From an uncultured Gammaproteobacteria bacterium (GTDB lineage Bacteria > Pseudomonadota > Gammaproteobacteria > JAURND01): a DNA stretch of 64,000 nucleotides. Shown in pieces: positions 19,631 to 31,664 of the stretch (position 1 is its first letter; the number at the start of each line of letters is the position of its first letter). Below the pieces are notes generated by a model. That model had not been told where the DNA came from. It made no database searches and saw only the letters and a program-made list of their open reading frames with translations. The stretch is from NCBI GenBank assembly GCA_963714975.1, contig CAVQQD010000003.1:263670-327669 (forward strand). The letters are read 5' to 3'. Both the position numbers and the translations under genes were made by a program.

Positions 19631-20673
19631 CCACCACCCCATTAACCTATTACCAGCAAAAACTTGCTTCGGGAGAAATTTTGCCCGAGGCGCAACAGCT
19701 GGCGGTGATGCAGCAATTTGAGCTGATTTATCAGCAACTGCTGCAGCCAAAAAAGAAGAAATGGTGGTGGCAAAAACCAGCGAGAAATGCTGGAATTTAT
19801 TTGTGGGGCAATGTGGGAATTGGTAAAACGTTCTTGGTCGATACGTTTTACTATGCCTTGCCTTTTCCCGATAAGCTTCGCATGCATTTTTATAGCTTTA
19901 TGCAAGAGGTACATGCCGAGCTAAAAATTCTGCAAGGAGAAAAAAATCCATTAAAACTTCTAGCAACGAAATTTGCCAAGCGGGCGCGGGTGATTTGCCT
20001 AGATGAGTTGATTGTGGCCGATATTGCTGATGCGATGGTGTTGGGCGGTTTGCTGCAGGCATTGTTAGCAGAGGGTATTTGCGTAACATTGACGGCCAAT
20101 GTTTCTCCAGATGATTTATATAAACATGGCTTGCAGCGTGAACGCTTTTTTCCCGCGATTGACAGCATTAAGCAACACTTGCGGGTTATTCATCTGGCCA
20201 TTGTCGATGATTATCGTGAACGCCCCCGCTCTCAAATCCCCCCTACCCCCCTGGTTCAAAGGGGGGAATTACTTTCTTTGGAGGAATATTTTGACTATTT
20301 TGCCCAGGGTGTTCAGCCAAGTTTTACTCCTCTTCATCTTTATGACCGAGAAATCCAGGTCGTGCAACGAGCCGGTGGTGTGGTATGGTTTGAGTTTCTA
20401 GCTATTTGCAGCAAGCCGCGTAGCCAAATGGATTATTTGGCCTTAGTACAACAATTTCATACGATTTTAGTCAGTAATATTCGCCCCATTTCTGCCGAAG
20501 ATGTAGATTTGGCGCGCAACTTTATTAAATTCGTCGACGTTTTATATGATGCACGAACCCGCTTGATTATTTCACCTGAGGTTTCGCTTGATAGCATCTA
20601 CCCCCGCGGGCGCCTAGCATTTGAGTTTAAACGCACTCGCTCGCGGTTATTGGAGATGCGAAGGGCAATGTAG
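19627..20673 (+). CDS. zapE: ZapE/AFG1-family ATPase (cell division protein ZapE-like)
   Basis: Walker A GNVGIGKTFLVD, Walker B ICLDEL, AFG1-type architecture. ATGA overlap with the upstream ATPase gene; start taken at MTTTPL (19627). Confidence 0.75.
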   Translation: MTTTPLTYYQQKLASGEILPEAQQLAVMQQFELIYQQLLQPKKKKWWWQKPARNAGIYLWGNVGIGKTFLVDTFYYALPFPDKLRMHFYSFMQEVHAELKILQGEKNPLKLLATKFAKRARVICLDELIVADIADAMVLGGLLQALLAEGICVTLTANVSPDDLYKHGLQRERFFPAIDSIKQHLRVIHLAIVDDYRERPRSQIPPTPLVQRGELLSLEEYFDYFAQGVQPSFTPLHLYDREIQVVQRAGGVVWFEFLAICSKPRSQMDYLALVQQFHTILVSNIRPISAEDVDLARNFIKFVDVLYDARTRLIISPEVSLDSIYPRGRLAFEFKRTRSRLLEMRRAM

Positions 20674-20754
20674 ATCAGTTTCCCGCTTGCTGGAAATGCG
20701 GGTTGTGTAGAATCCCCTCTTGTATCTTGAGGGGGAGAAGGGATTTCGAGGTTG

Positions 20755-21003
20755 CTACCCGGGTGGGCTTTCAGATTTTTTCTTATCGAGGTTTCGGTAG
20801 ATAATGCGCCCCTTACTTAAATCGTAGGGGGTCATTTCCACGGTAACCACATCACCTAAGAGAATACGAATATAATTCTTGCGCATTTTCCCTGAAATAT
20901 GGGCAATGATGATGTGACCATTTTCAAGTTTAACGCGGAACATGGTATTTGGCAGTGTTTCTACCACCACTCCTTCCATTTCAATTTGTTCTTCTTTCGG
21001 CAT
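20755..21003 (-). CDS. infA: Translation initiation factor IF-1
   Basis: [17 protein letters not shown]...[30 protein letters not shown] is the near-universal IF-1 signature; start at MPKEEQ. Confidence 0.92.
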   Translation of the reverse strand: MPKEEQIEMEGVVVETLPNTMFRVKLENGHIIIAHISGKMRKNYIRILLGDVVTVEMTPYDLSKGRIIYRNLDKKKSESPPG

Positions 21004-21025
21004 ATATAAAAGTCTCTCATTTATC

Positions 21026-23184
<2,159 letters not shown>

Positions 23185-23202
23185 GTGTTTCTCCAGGTGG
23201 AT

Positions 23203-26017
23203 CTACTGACATGCTTCACAGTCAGGATTATCAAGCGAGCAGGCTTTAGTGGCCTCTTCCAATTTCACGGCATTTAACGCCGTGGTAGCCAAGGTTGATT
23301 TTTCCGCGTTAGTTGCGCCTAAAGTACGTAAATAATAGCAAGTTTTTAGTCCTCGCAACCAGGCAAAACGATATAGCATATCGAGTTTCGTTCCTGAGGG
23401 CTCCGCCATGTAAAGATTTAATGACTGCGCTTGATCGACCCATTTTTGCCGACGTGATCCAGCTTCTACCAACCAACGTGGATCAATTTCAAATGCCGTG
23501 GCATAGAGATTTTTCAGTTCTTCAGGAATACGCCGGATGCGTGAAATACTGCCATCGTAATACTTAAGATCGTTGACCATCACCTCATCCCACAAGCCCA
23601 ATTTTTTCAAATCTCGGACCAAATACGGGTTAACAACAGTAAATTCTCCGGAAAGATTCGATTTTACAAATAAATTTTGATAGGTCGGATCAATCGATGG
23701 CGAAATTCCAGTGATATTAGAAATGGTGGCGGTGGGAGCAATGGCCATGGTGTTAGAATTACGCATACCCGCGCTAGTGACACGATGGCGTAGGGCTTCC
23801 CAATCTAAAGTAGAGCTGCGATCTTGCTCTAAATACTGGCCGCGTGTTGCTTGCAAGCGTTCGATTGAATCGATTGGTAAGATGCCTTGGCTCCACAAAG
23901 AGCCTTCATAAGTTTCATACACACCCCGTTCTTCAGCAAGGTCGGTGGAGGCTTGGATTGCATAATAGCTAATTAATTCGATGCTGCGATCCGCAAATTC
24001 TACAGCAGCTAAAGAAGCATAAGGAATCCGCTGATCATAGAGGGCATCGTGAAAGCCCATCAGACCTAAACCAATCGGGCGATGGCGTAAGTTGGAGCGG
24101 CGCGCTTCTGGCACGCTGTAGTAATTAATATCAATGACATTGTCGAGCATACGGATAGCAATAGGAATGGTGCGTTTTAATTTTTCTACATCGAGACCTA
24201 AGCCATCTGCTTTCAAGTGCCTGACGAGATTGATGCTGCCTAAGTTGCAAACGGCAATTTCATCTTTCGAGGTGTTTAAGGTAATTTCAGTGCATAAATT
24301 TGAGCTATGTACGACGCCCACATGTTGTTGGGGTGATCTGAGATTGCAGGTGTCTTTAAAAGTAATCCATGGGTGGCCGGTTTCATACAACATACTCAAC
24401 ATCTTGCGCCACAGGGTGACTGCAGGCAAAATTTTGCTACGAATTTCTTTGCGTTTGGCTTTTTCTTCATAAGCTTCGTAGGCTTTTTCAAAATCTAAAC
24501 CAAAACGATCGTGCAAATCAGGTACTTGATCAGGAGAAAACAAGGTCCAATTTTTATTTTCAAATACCCGCTTCATAAATAAATCAGGGATCCAATTGGC
24601 CGTATTCATGTCATGAGTGCGCCGTCGATCATCTCCGGTATTTTTGCGTAATTCTAAGAATTCTTCGATATCCATGTGCCACGTTTCTAAATAAGCACAC
24701 ACCGCACCTTTGCGCTTGCCTCCTTGATTGACGGCAACAGCAGTGACGTCAGCAACTTTCATAAAGGGAACTACGCCTAAAGATTTCCCGTTGGTACCCT
24801 TAATATGAGCACCCATCGCGCGCACAGGAGTCCAATCATTACCAAGTCCGCCGGCGAATTTAGATAACAACGCATTGTCTTCGCATGGCATCGTAAATTT
24901 CACTGAGGCCGTCGTAAATGGTGGTTAAGAAGCAGCTGGATAGCTGTGGGCGAAGAGTTCCTGAGTTAAATAGCGTGGGAGTTGAGCTCATGAAATCAAA
25001 AGAAGAAAGCAGCTCATAAAAAGAAATAGCATATTTTTCTCGATCGTGTTTTTCATTTAAAGCTAAACCCATTGCTACCCGCATAAAGAAGGCTTGCGGA
25101 GTTTCAAAATGAATACCTTCCGAATGGATAAAATAACGGTCATAGAGTGTTTGTAAACCAAGGTAGGTGAATTGCTGGTCACGCTCTAGTTTTAGCGCTT
25201 GGCAGAGACGGTCCAGATCAAAAGACGCTAATTGGTTATCCAACAACTCAAGTTGAATGCCGCGTTCAATATAAGCTTTAAAATATTTTGGATATAATTT
25301 GTTCTCAATAGTGAGCGTTTTCTCGTCGATTAAGCCAAGAAATTGCCAGGCTTCAGTATGTAATTGATTCAGTAACAGACGTGCGGAGACATAGGTGTAA
25401 TTTGGCTCTTTTTCAATTTGCGCGCGTGCACTCATAATTAAAGCTTTTTCGACATCTGTTATCGTCACGCCGTCAAATAAATTGCGACAAGTTTCGGTTA
25501 AAATGAGTTCTGGATTGACTTCAGTTAAGTTGTGACAGGCTTCTTGGATAATTTGCGTCAGCCAGGTTGAATCGAGTAAAGTTTTTTGCCCGTTAGCTAA
25601 AGTGATATGGAGACGACAGGTTTCTGGTTGAGTGGTTTTTTCTTGTTCTCGTACTTTGCGGCGTTCTTCACGATACAGCACATAGGCGCGTGCTACCTTA
25701 TGCTCTCCTGCACGCATTAATTTGAGTTCTACCAGGTCTTGGATGGTTTCAATATGGACGTTATCGCCAAAAGGAGCGCGGCGGTGCAGGGTGTTAGTAA
25801 TATCCTGAGTGATATGGGCCACGGTTTCATGAATGCGCTGCGAAATTCCAGCGCGATCACCTTCCACGGCCAAGAAGGCTTTCGTGACGGCAACAGCAAT
25901 TTTGTTGTCATCATAGGGTGTTACGCTACCATTACGGCGTATGACGCGTAAATTACCCGGAGTCATAATGTTTAGCTGATTTTCTGACATAGATCTAGAC
26001 GGGTTCAATGTTTCCAT
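23203..26017 (-). CDS. nrdA: Ribonucleoside-diphosphate reductase alpha subunit (class Ia R1), split into two overlapping ORFs (26017..24860 and 24903..23203) by an apparent frameshift near 24868-24874
   Basis: N-terminal ATP-cone ([16 protein letters not shown]) and ...[19 protein letters not shown] in one frame; the catalytic core [11 protein letters not shown]...GTNGKS...NQGGKRKGA and the C-terminal CxxC tail in the other. Restoring a GC dinucleotide (caatgcGCgttg) gives a contiguous R1. Confidence 0.85.
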
Positions 26018-26157
26018 TATTGGCTCCTAATTGGTTTTTTCTTTCTTCCCAGACAGAATGGGTAAAACACAACCCATTGTAGTCAGTTAATTCTAAAACC
26101 ACAAGATAATGTACTATACTTTGGAAAACCAATGATCTTAACACGGAGGTTGCGATC

Positions 26158-27153
26158 ATGCCTATCAATCATTCGATGGCCGGCGCGCTGTTGGCATCGA
26201 CTATCTTTGTTACGTCTGAAATTTGGGGGGCAGTTTATCCCATGCCCCCACAGGGAAATGATATTGTTGGGGATGTTCTGGTTGTTCGGCCTGAACATGG
26301 CGATACATTATTTACTATTGGCAATCGCTATGGGGTGGGTATGCACGAAATGCTCGAGGCAAATCCAAATTTGGGGATTGATGAGCATAGTGCTGCCAAC
26401 CCCATTCGTGGCTGGTCTAAAGTCACCGTAAAGACCCAGTATATTTTGCCGCCTATTCGTCGTGGTATTGTGATTAATATGCCAGAATTACGCTTATATT
26501 ATTTCACTCCTGATCACCAGTTTGTTTATACCTATCCGGTAGGTTTGGGTCGGGATGAATGGCGCACTCCTTTATTTGAAAGTAAAGTAGCTGCTAAGGA
26601 AACTGACCCAACTTGGCACCCACCGGCTAGCATTCGGCGGCACGTTCTGGAAGAAACGGGGGATAGCTTGCCGGACGCAGTGCCCCCTGGGCCTGACAAT
26701 CCCTTGGGTCCTTATGCTTTGCGCTTAAGTGCGAAGGGCTATTTGATTCATGGGACAAATCAACCGTTTAGCATCGGTAAGTACATCAGCTCGGGCTGCA
26801 TACGCTTGCATAATGAGGATATCGAAGAGCTGTTTCATATAGTGCCTACCGGTACACCCGTAACCATCATTAATTACCCCTATAAAGCAGGTTGGCGCCA
26901 AGGGTCTTTTTATTTACAAGCCCAAATCCCGATGGAGTTGGGGGAAAAGTGGCCCAGCCAACTGAGCCCAGATTCTGTTAAGACAGTGATTGTTCAGGCA
27001 TTAAAGTCGCATAGAGCCCATATAGATTGGTCTAAAGTCGATGAAGTTTTGGAAAAACACACCGGGATTCCACAGTTAATTGGAAACTATGGTATACTCC
27101 AGTCTGATTTTACCATGATGGAAGATAGGTTCAGGGAGGCAGAGCGATGGTAA
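26158..27153 (+). CDS. LysM-domain L,D-transpeptidase (YkuD family; LdtE/YnhG-like)
   Basis: LysM (GDTLFTIGNRYGVGMHEMLEANP); YkuD catalytic motif LIHGTNQPFSIGKYISSGCIRLHNEDIEELF (His...Cys). Confidence 0.85.
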   Translation: MPINHSMAGALLASTIFVTSEIWGAVYPMPPQGNDIVGDVLVVRPEHGDTLFTIGNRYGVGMHEMLEANPNLGIDEHSAANPIRGWSKVTVKTQYILPPIRRGIVINMPELRLYYFTPDHQFVYTYPVGLGRDEWRTPLFESKVAAKETDPTWHPPASIRRHVLEETGDSLPDAVPPGPDNPLGPYALRLSAKGYLIHGTNQPFSIGKYISSGCIRLHNEDIEELFHIVPTGTPVTIINYPYKAGWRQGSFYLQAQIPMELGEKWPSQLSPDSVKTVIVQALKSHRAHIDWSKVDEVLEKHTGIPQLIGNYGILQSDFTMMEDRFREAERW

Positions 27154-27176
27154 CTTATTGATTATAGGTAGGATTT

Positions 27177-27890
27177 ATGAGACGTTTGTTAGGTTTACTA
27201 GTGTTCTTTTCCTTGCTGTTAAAGGCCCCGCTGTTACTTGCCGCGAACGTAAGCAACGCCAAACCAATCAAAGTTAAGGGGCCGACAGCTACCTCCCAAT
27301 CCTCTTTAGCAGCTTCCATGAATATTGACCCTAATGTATTAAATTTGGCCTTAAATGCTTATAAATGCGCAGTCAGTACCGGCGTCAGTAAACAAAAATA
27401 CCTGACGATCATTGATTATTCACGGCCAGCCACCAAAAATCGCCTATGGGTGGTAGACACTAGCAAAAATCAGGTCGTATTTAACACTTTGGTGGCACAT
27501 GGGCAGGGTTCTGGCGGTACTATATCCCAGCACTTCTCCAATCGACCGAACTCTCATGCTTCAAGTATTGGTTTGTTTGTAACGGGTAACATGTACCAAG
27601 GGGGAAACGGCCCTTCACTCAAACTATTTGGCCTGGAAAAGGGATTCAATGATAAAGCGGCTTCACGCAATATTGTGGTGCATGGAGCTCCCTATGTGAA
27701 TCACCAGTTTGCCAAATCAGGTCGCTTGGGGCGTAGCTGGGGCTGTCCAGCGGTACCACAACATTTAGCTGGGCCTTTGATGAAAACGATCCAAAAAGGT
27801 TCTGTGGTATTTTCTTATTACCCTGATACTAATTGGTTCAAAAAATCGAAGTATTTGAATTGCCGTGCTGATTCTCTGAAAACGGCTTAA
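27177..27890 (+). CDS. Secreted L,D-transpeptidase-like protein (YkuD_2-type catalytic domain)
   Basis: Signal peptide MRRLLGLLVFFSLLLKAPLLLAANVS; HG...GRSWGCPAV motif resembling YkuD_2. Confidence 0.55.
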   Translation: MRRLLGLLVFFSLLLKAPLLLAANVSNAKPIKVKGPTATSQSSLAASMNIDPNVLNLALNAYKCAVSTGVSKQKYLTIIDYSRPATKNRLWVVDTSKNQVVFNTLVAHGQGSGGTISQHFSNRPNSHASSIGLFVTGNMYQGGNGPSLKLFGLEKGFNDKAASRNIVVHGAPYVNHQFAKSGRLGRSWGCPAVPQHLAGPLMKTIQKGSVVFSYYPDTNWFKKSKYLNCRADSLKTA

Positions 27891-27936
27891 ACCGGACGTC
27901 ATCCCGAGCGAAGCGAGGGATCTCAATAACTTACAC

Positions 27937-28584
27937 ATGGAGGTTTTTATGCAACATGGAAGTGCAGCAGCCCAAGCAGGGGATAATCGCCTGTCTCCTG
28001 ATAACGCCACCTTATTACTGGTAGATCATCAAACCGGTCTTATGCAACTTGTCCGAGATTATGGGACGGATGAGTTTAAAAACAATGTATTGGCATTAGC
28101 CGACGTCGCCAAGCTTTATAACCTCCCGACCATCCTCACCACAAGTGCGGAACAAGGTCCTAATGGTCCGATGTTCCCTGAATTAAAAGCAAAATTCCCT
28201 GATGCTCCTTATATTCCGCGACCAGGCCAAATTAATGCTTGGGATAATGAGGATTTTGTAACAGCAGTCAAAGCGACTGGGCGTAAAAAGTTAATCATCG
28301 CTGGGATTGTGACCGATGTGTGCGTGGCTTTTCCAGCTATTTCTGCCTTGAGTGAAGGCTATGATGTGTATGTGGTGGTCGATGCTTCAGGCACATTTAG
28401 CGAAGCGGTGCGAGAATCGGCTTTGCTGCGTATGACGCATGTCGGGGCAATTATGATGAGCTGGTTTGCGGTTTCTGCAGAATTACAGCGGGATTGGCGC
28501 AGAGACACTGGCCAAAGACTGGCGCAACTTTATGCTGAGCGCGTGGTTGCTTATGGGAATTTAATCAGTAGTCATAATAAGTAA
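27937..28584 (+). CDS. Isochorismatase-family cysteine hydrolase (YcaC-like)
   Basis: LLLVDHQTGL...(Asp), IAGIVTDVCVAFPAISALSEGYDVYVVVDASG (catalytic Cys) typical of isochorismatase-like hydrolases. Confidence 0.8.
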   Translation: MEVFMQHGSAAAQAGDNRLSPDNATLLLVDHQTGLMQLVRDYGTDEFKNNVLALADVAKLYNLPTILTTSAEQGPNGPMFPELKAKFPDAPYIPRPGQINAWDNEDFVTAVKATGRKKLIIAGIVTDVCVAFPAISALSEGYDVYVVVDASGTFSEAVRESALLRMTHVGAIMMSWFAVSAELQRDWRRDTGQRLAQLYAERVVAYGNLISSHNK

Positions 28585-28608
28585 AACTGGGAATACGAAT
28601 TCCGTAAC

Positions 28609-28803
28609 CATTCACCACGATTTTGCCTCTCCCCTTGTGGGAGAGGCCGCCGCGCCGTAAGGCGCGCGGGTGAGGGGTAAGCAGCAGTTCGCATTTAGCT
28701 AATAAAATGCTCCTTGCTGATTTCAAGTTTACCCCTCATCCGCCCTTTCGGGCACTTTCTCCCACAAGGGGAGAAGGATTTTTACGCACAAAAATGGTGA
28801 ATG
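28609..28803. repeat. About 195-bp MITE-like element, copy B (about 97% identical to copy A at 7912..8105)
   Basis: Direct sequence comparison; same terminal inverted repeats cattcacc...ggtgaatg. Confidence 0.75.
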
Positions 28804-28854
28804 ATTACGCTTATTCAGAAAACGCGTAAACTACATCCTCTCCGGCCAAAAGAA

Positions 28855-28896
28855 GTCTCCTCTCCCCCCAACTGTTTTTGTTAGTGGGGAGAGGGG
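28855..28896. repeat. Palindromic repeat ctctccccccaactgtttttgttagtggggagag
   Basis: Same family as 17851..17885. Confidence 0.5.
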
Positions 28897-28900
28897 GCTT

Positions 28901-29551
28901 TCAATTGTTATTATTGTTATTAAAGTCACGTGCAGCAGGGCTAGTTAATTCTAGTTGCTTAGGATCCAGAGCAGTTATTTGCTCACACAATGCTGCAAAC
29001 TTAGTATACTCCGGATACTTAGCAAGCGAAGTTTTTCCTGCTCCCAACTGTTTTCCAGCCACATAACTAGTACCACCACCCACCACCAAGGCTCCAAGCA
29101 ATGTACCTGCAATAATTAAACCAAACAATGCAAGCACCTCAGAGTTTGGTAAATGTGAAGCGTCAAGCCCGGGCCATTTAGCATTAGGTAATCCGAGTGC
29201 ACCGCCCATGGCACCTAACCCAGCTCCAAGCCAACTCCACATTACCCAACGATTATGCTTAGATGCTTGGTTAGATGCTTGGGCAGCCTGTTGGTTAAGC
29301 TGACGTACTAAATCTTTAGCATCTAATGCTGATGGTTTTGGTTTGACAAGGGCTATAGCGGTGTTCAACTCTGGTAATAACTTATTGGCTCGACCAGAAA
29401 CAGTTCGCTGATCTGTCTGTGATGTGTCTATTGTATGCCAACGTCCTGTAGTTACCAAGTTTTTTATGTCTTGTATAATTTCCGATATTTTCCTGGGCGG
29501 CAGGGGTGTGGTGGTTACGAGTATAGTTGTTCGCTCATGCTGATGTCTCAT
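28901..29551 (-). CDS. Hypothetical glycine-zipper membrane protein with a C-terminal poly-Asn tail
   Basis: GxxxG-rich TM region (WLGAGLGAMGGALGL, ALFGLIIAGTLLGALVVGGG), terminal NNNNNN; 216 aa; no catalytic motif. Confidence 0.4.
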   Translation of the reverse strand: MRHQHERTTILVTTTPLPPRKISEIIQDIKNLVTTGRWHTIDTSQTDQRTVSGRANKLLPELNTAIALVKPKPSALDAKDLVRQLNQQAAQASNQASKHNRWVMWSWLGAGLGAMGGALGLPNAKWPGLDASHLPNSEVLALFGLIIAGTLLGALVVGGGTSYVAGKQLGAGKTSLAKYPEYTKFAALCEQITALDPKQLELTSPAARDFNNNNNN

Positions 29552-29713
29552 ATATTAATCTCCTGACGTGAAGTTTAATGCTATCTTTAGTGTGGATCAT
29601 TGTTTGACACTCTGTTTATGAAAATATTAAGAGGCATCTGGATTCTACAGCGAATGTCCTAAAAGCACAAACAAAGTCGGTTTTTTATTTTGATTTAATC
29701 TTTGTAGGGACAA

Positions 29714-29750
29714 AAATAATTTCCCCCTTTTTCAAAGGGGGAAATTATTT
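29714..29750. terminator. Perfect 17-bp stem / 3-nt loop hairpin (aaataatttcccccttt ttc aaagggggaaattattt) in an ORF-free region
   Basis: Seen directly in the sequence; GC core with A/T-rich flanks on both strands, so it could act as a bidirectional intrinsic terminator or a protein-binding palindrome. Confidence 0.5.
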
Positions 29751-30298
29751 TGAGGAGGGATTATTTTTGTTCCTTTGGGTTAAGTCGCCCTTAAGAAACA
29801 TTTGCATTTCAGCCAAAGTCAAGGAATAATAGCAAAGCCTCGGGGGCTTGCGCCTCCGAGGTCGCGCCAAAAGAATGTACGACCATTCTTGAGGCACTTC
29901 CAGCAACGAACCTTACTCAAGGAGGTCCGCAGTGGCTCTAAAAGCTTACTCGATTACGCACTCGCGTAAAACTCTTTTCTGTATGTTAACCAATTTTTTT
30001 CACCTGCATTGCGTTGGGCGGATGTTTCGCGCCTGGAGCAACAAATCTTTACTTAATGGTTTTCCTCGAATGCCACAGCGGTGTTGCTGGCAGGAGGTAG
30101 GGATTTGCCGTGGGTTTTTTAGTGGTCAGCATTCAGGGCAAGAGGAGGTAGGCTGGTAGCAGAGGAGTTAGGTTAGGGCTTAGGCACTCCTTCTCTTAAG
30201 CTAGCGCCTTTGCCCTTGCCTATAAAATCCTCTGCTGCCGCTTACTTTACTTGGGTTCTGTTGCATTTTCTAACAATAATATCCATCGGAGTACTTTT

Positions 30299-30682
30299 AT
30301 GTCTAATCAAATGCACCCCATTAAATTATTACTCGTTGAAGATAATTTGATGTGCGCCAAAGCACAACAAGGGCTGTTTAAATGCCTTAAATGCGAGGTA
30401 GAAGTCGCCAGAAATATGACCTCTGCCTTGGAAAAACTCAAAGAACAACTCTTTCAGTTAGTGGTCTGTGATTTAGGCCTGCCCGACGGCAATGGCTTTG
30501 ACATCGCACGTTATATTCGGCAATGCCCTCCTCCCATCAACACAACCCCGATTGTAATTCTTACTGCGCATGGTGATGATACCCACAAAGAACAAGCCCG
30601 AAAAATTGGTTGTAACGCTTTTGTGGAAAAACCCTTAACTTACGAATTATGTGAGGAAATTCTCAAAGAAATGCTGCAATAA
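30299..30682 (+). CDS. Single-domain (CheY-like) response regulator receiver protein, orphan
   Basis: IKLLLVEDN...(Asp) VVCDLGLPDGNG (phospho-acceptor Asp), ILTAHGD...K; no output domain. Confidence 0.8.
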   Translation: MSNQMHPIKLLLVEDNLMCAKAQQGLFKCLKCEVEVARNMTSALEKLKEQLFQLVVCDLGLPDGNGFDIARYIRQCPPPINTTPIVILTAHGDDTHKEQARKIGCNAFVEKPLTYELCEEILKEMLQ

Positions 30683-30912
30683 TCAAAAAGCTATGGCGCA
30701 CACCTTTGTATATTAAACCCTTATCCCTGCAGGATGCGGGGATGACGGCATGAGTCCACTACGGTATTGAGTTTGCCATAGACCAGAATATAATAGCCGC
30801 ATGAATCATGAAAATTACACGTCACTAATTATGAGTTGAGCCACGAAAAAAATCACACCCATTTTTAGAATGGTGATGTATATTGTGCGCTTTTTTTCTT
30901 TCCATATAGACT

Positions 30913-31224
30913 TTATTTTCGTAGTTTCCTTTTAGGTTTTTTAGCCAATTTCGCAGTCATATTTATGCCAAGAGCCTGCATCACAATGAGCATTGTTTTT
31001 AAGGTGGGATTTCCTTTAATGCTAAAAGATCGGTACAATTGTTCCCTTGATAAACCTGTTTCACGCGAAATATCAGCCATACCCTTAGCACGTGCCACAA
31101 TACCTAAAGCTTTTGCAATGTAAGTAGCATCACCGGTTTCAAAGGCATCTGCCATAAAAACTACGATTGCTTCTTGACTATCTAATGCTTCTGCCGGGTC
31201 GTAATTATAAATTTTCTCTGCCAT
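30913..31224 (-). CDS. higA: Type II antitoxin, HigA-like XRE-family HTH 'addiction module antidote'
   Basis: 103 aa; HTH ISRETGLSREQLYRSFS; partner of the upstream toxin. Confidence 0.75.
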   Translation of the reverse strand: MAEKIYNYDPAEALDSQEAIVVFMADAFETGDATYIAKALGIVARAKGMADISRETGLSREQLYRSFSIKGNPTLKTMLIVMQALGINMTAKLAKKPKRKLRK

Positions 31225-31225
31225 A

Positions 31226-31519
31226 TTAATTCTCCAATTCTTTAGCTAATTTTTTAGCAACAGTGATATCTCGACTTTGTGTACTCTTGTTTCCTCCACA
31301 TAGTAGAAGAATAATATCATTGTTTCTTTTCAGAAAATAAACTCGATAGCCAGGCCCGTAATGAATGCGGAGCTCATTGATTCCATCCCCCACGGATGCA
31401 ACATCACCCAGGAGGCCATTTGCCAATCGAAATAAACGAGCAGCAATAGCAGCCTTTGCTTTTCTATCCCGAAGTTTCTGCTCCCACTTCCTATAAGTTT
31501 CTGTTTGTTTTATATCCAT
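31226..31519 (-). CDS. higB: Type II toxin, RelE/HigB-like 'addiction module killer protein' family; toxin-first operon
   Basis: 97 aa; FLKRNNDIILLLCGGNKSTQSRDI resembles the TIGR02683-type killer protein; immediately upstream of and 1-nt spaced from an XRE-HTH antitoxin. Confidence 0.75.
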   Translation of the reverse strand: MDIKQTETYRKWEQKLRDRKAKAAIAARLFRLANGLLGDVASVGDGINELRIHYGPGYRVYFLKRNNDIILLLCGGNKSTQSRDITVAKKLAKELEN

Positions 31520-31664
31520 GGCCCAATTGTAGTTTATAAATCACAAAATTGCAATATAATTATCGAGATTCCCTAACCTGAATACCTGAATCTTCCAGTA
31601 GATTTTGGAGAACTATACTGTAACAATTCAGTAATTATGCCAATACCGTAATCTACGAGGCCTA

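Noticed and set aside
29932-30159. 75-aa ORF in the ORF-poor stretch
   Set aside because: Cys/Trp-rich, no RBS or motif; more likely non-coding, so it is treated as part of the candidate sRNA region instead.
29552-30250. tmRNA / RNase P RNA / SRP RNA in the ORF-free region
   Set aside because: None of the diagnostic conserved blocks are present: no tag-peptide reading frame with a tRNA-like 3' end, no GGTGCGGTAAGAGCGCACC-like P4 region, and no SRP domain IV motif.
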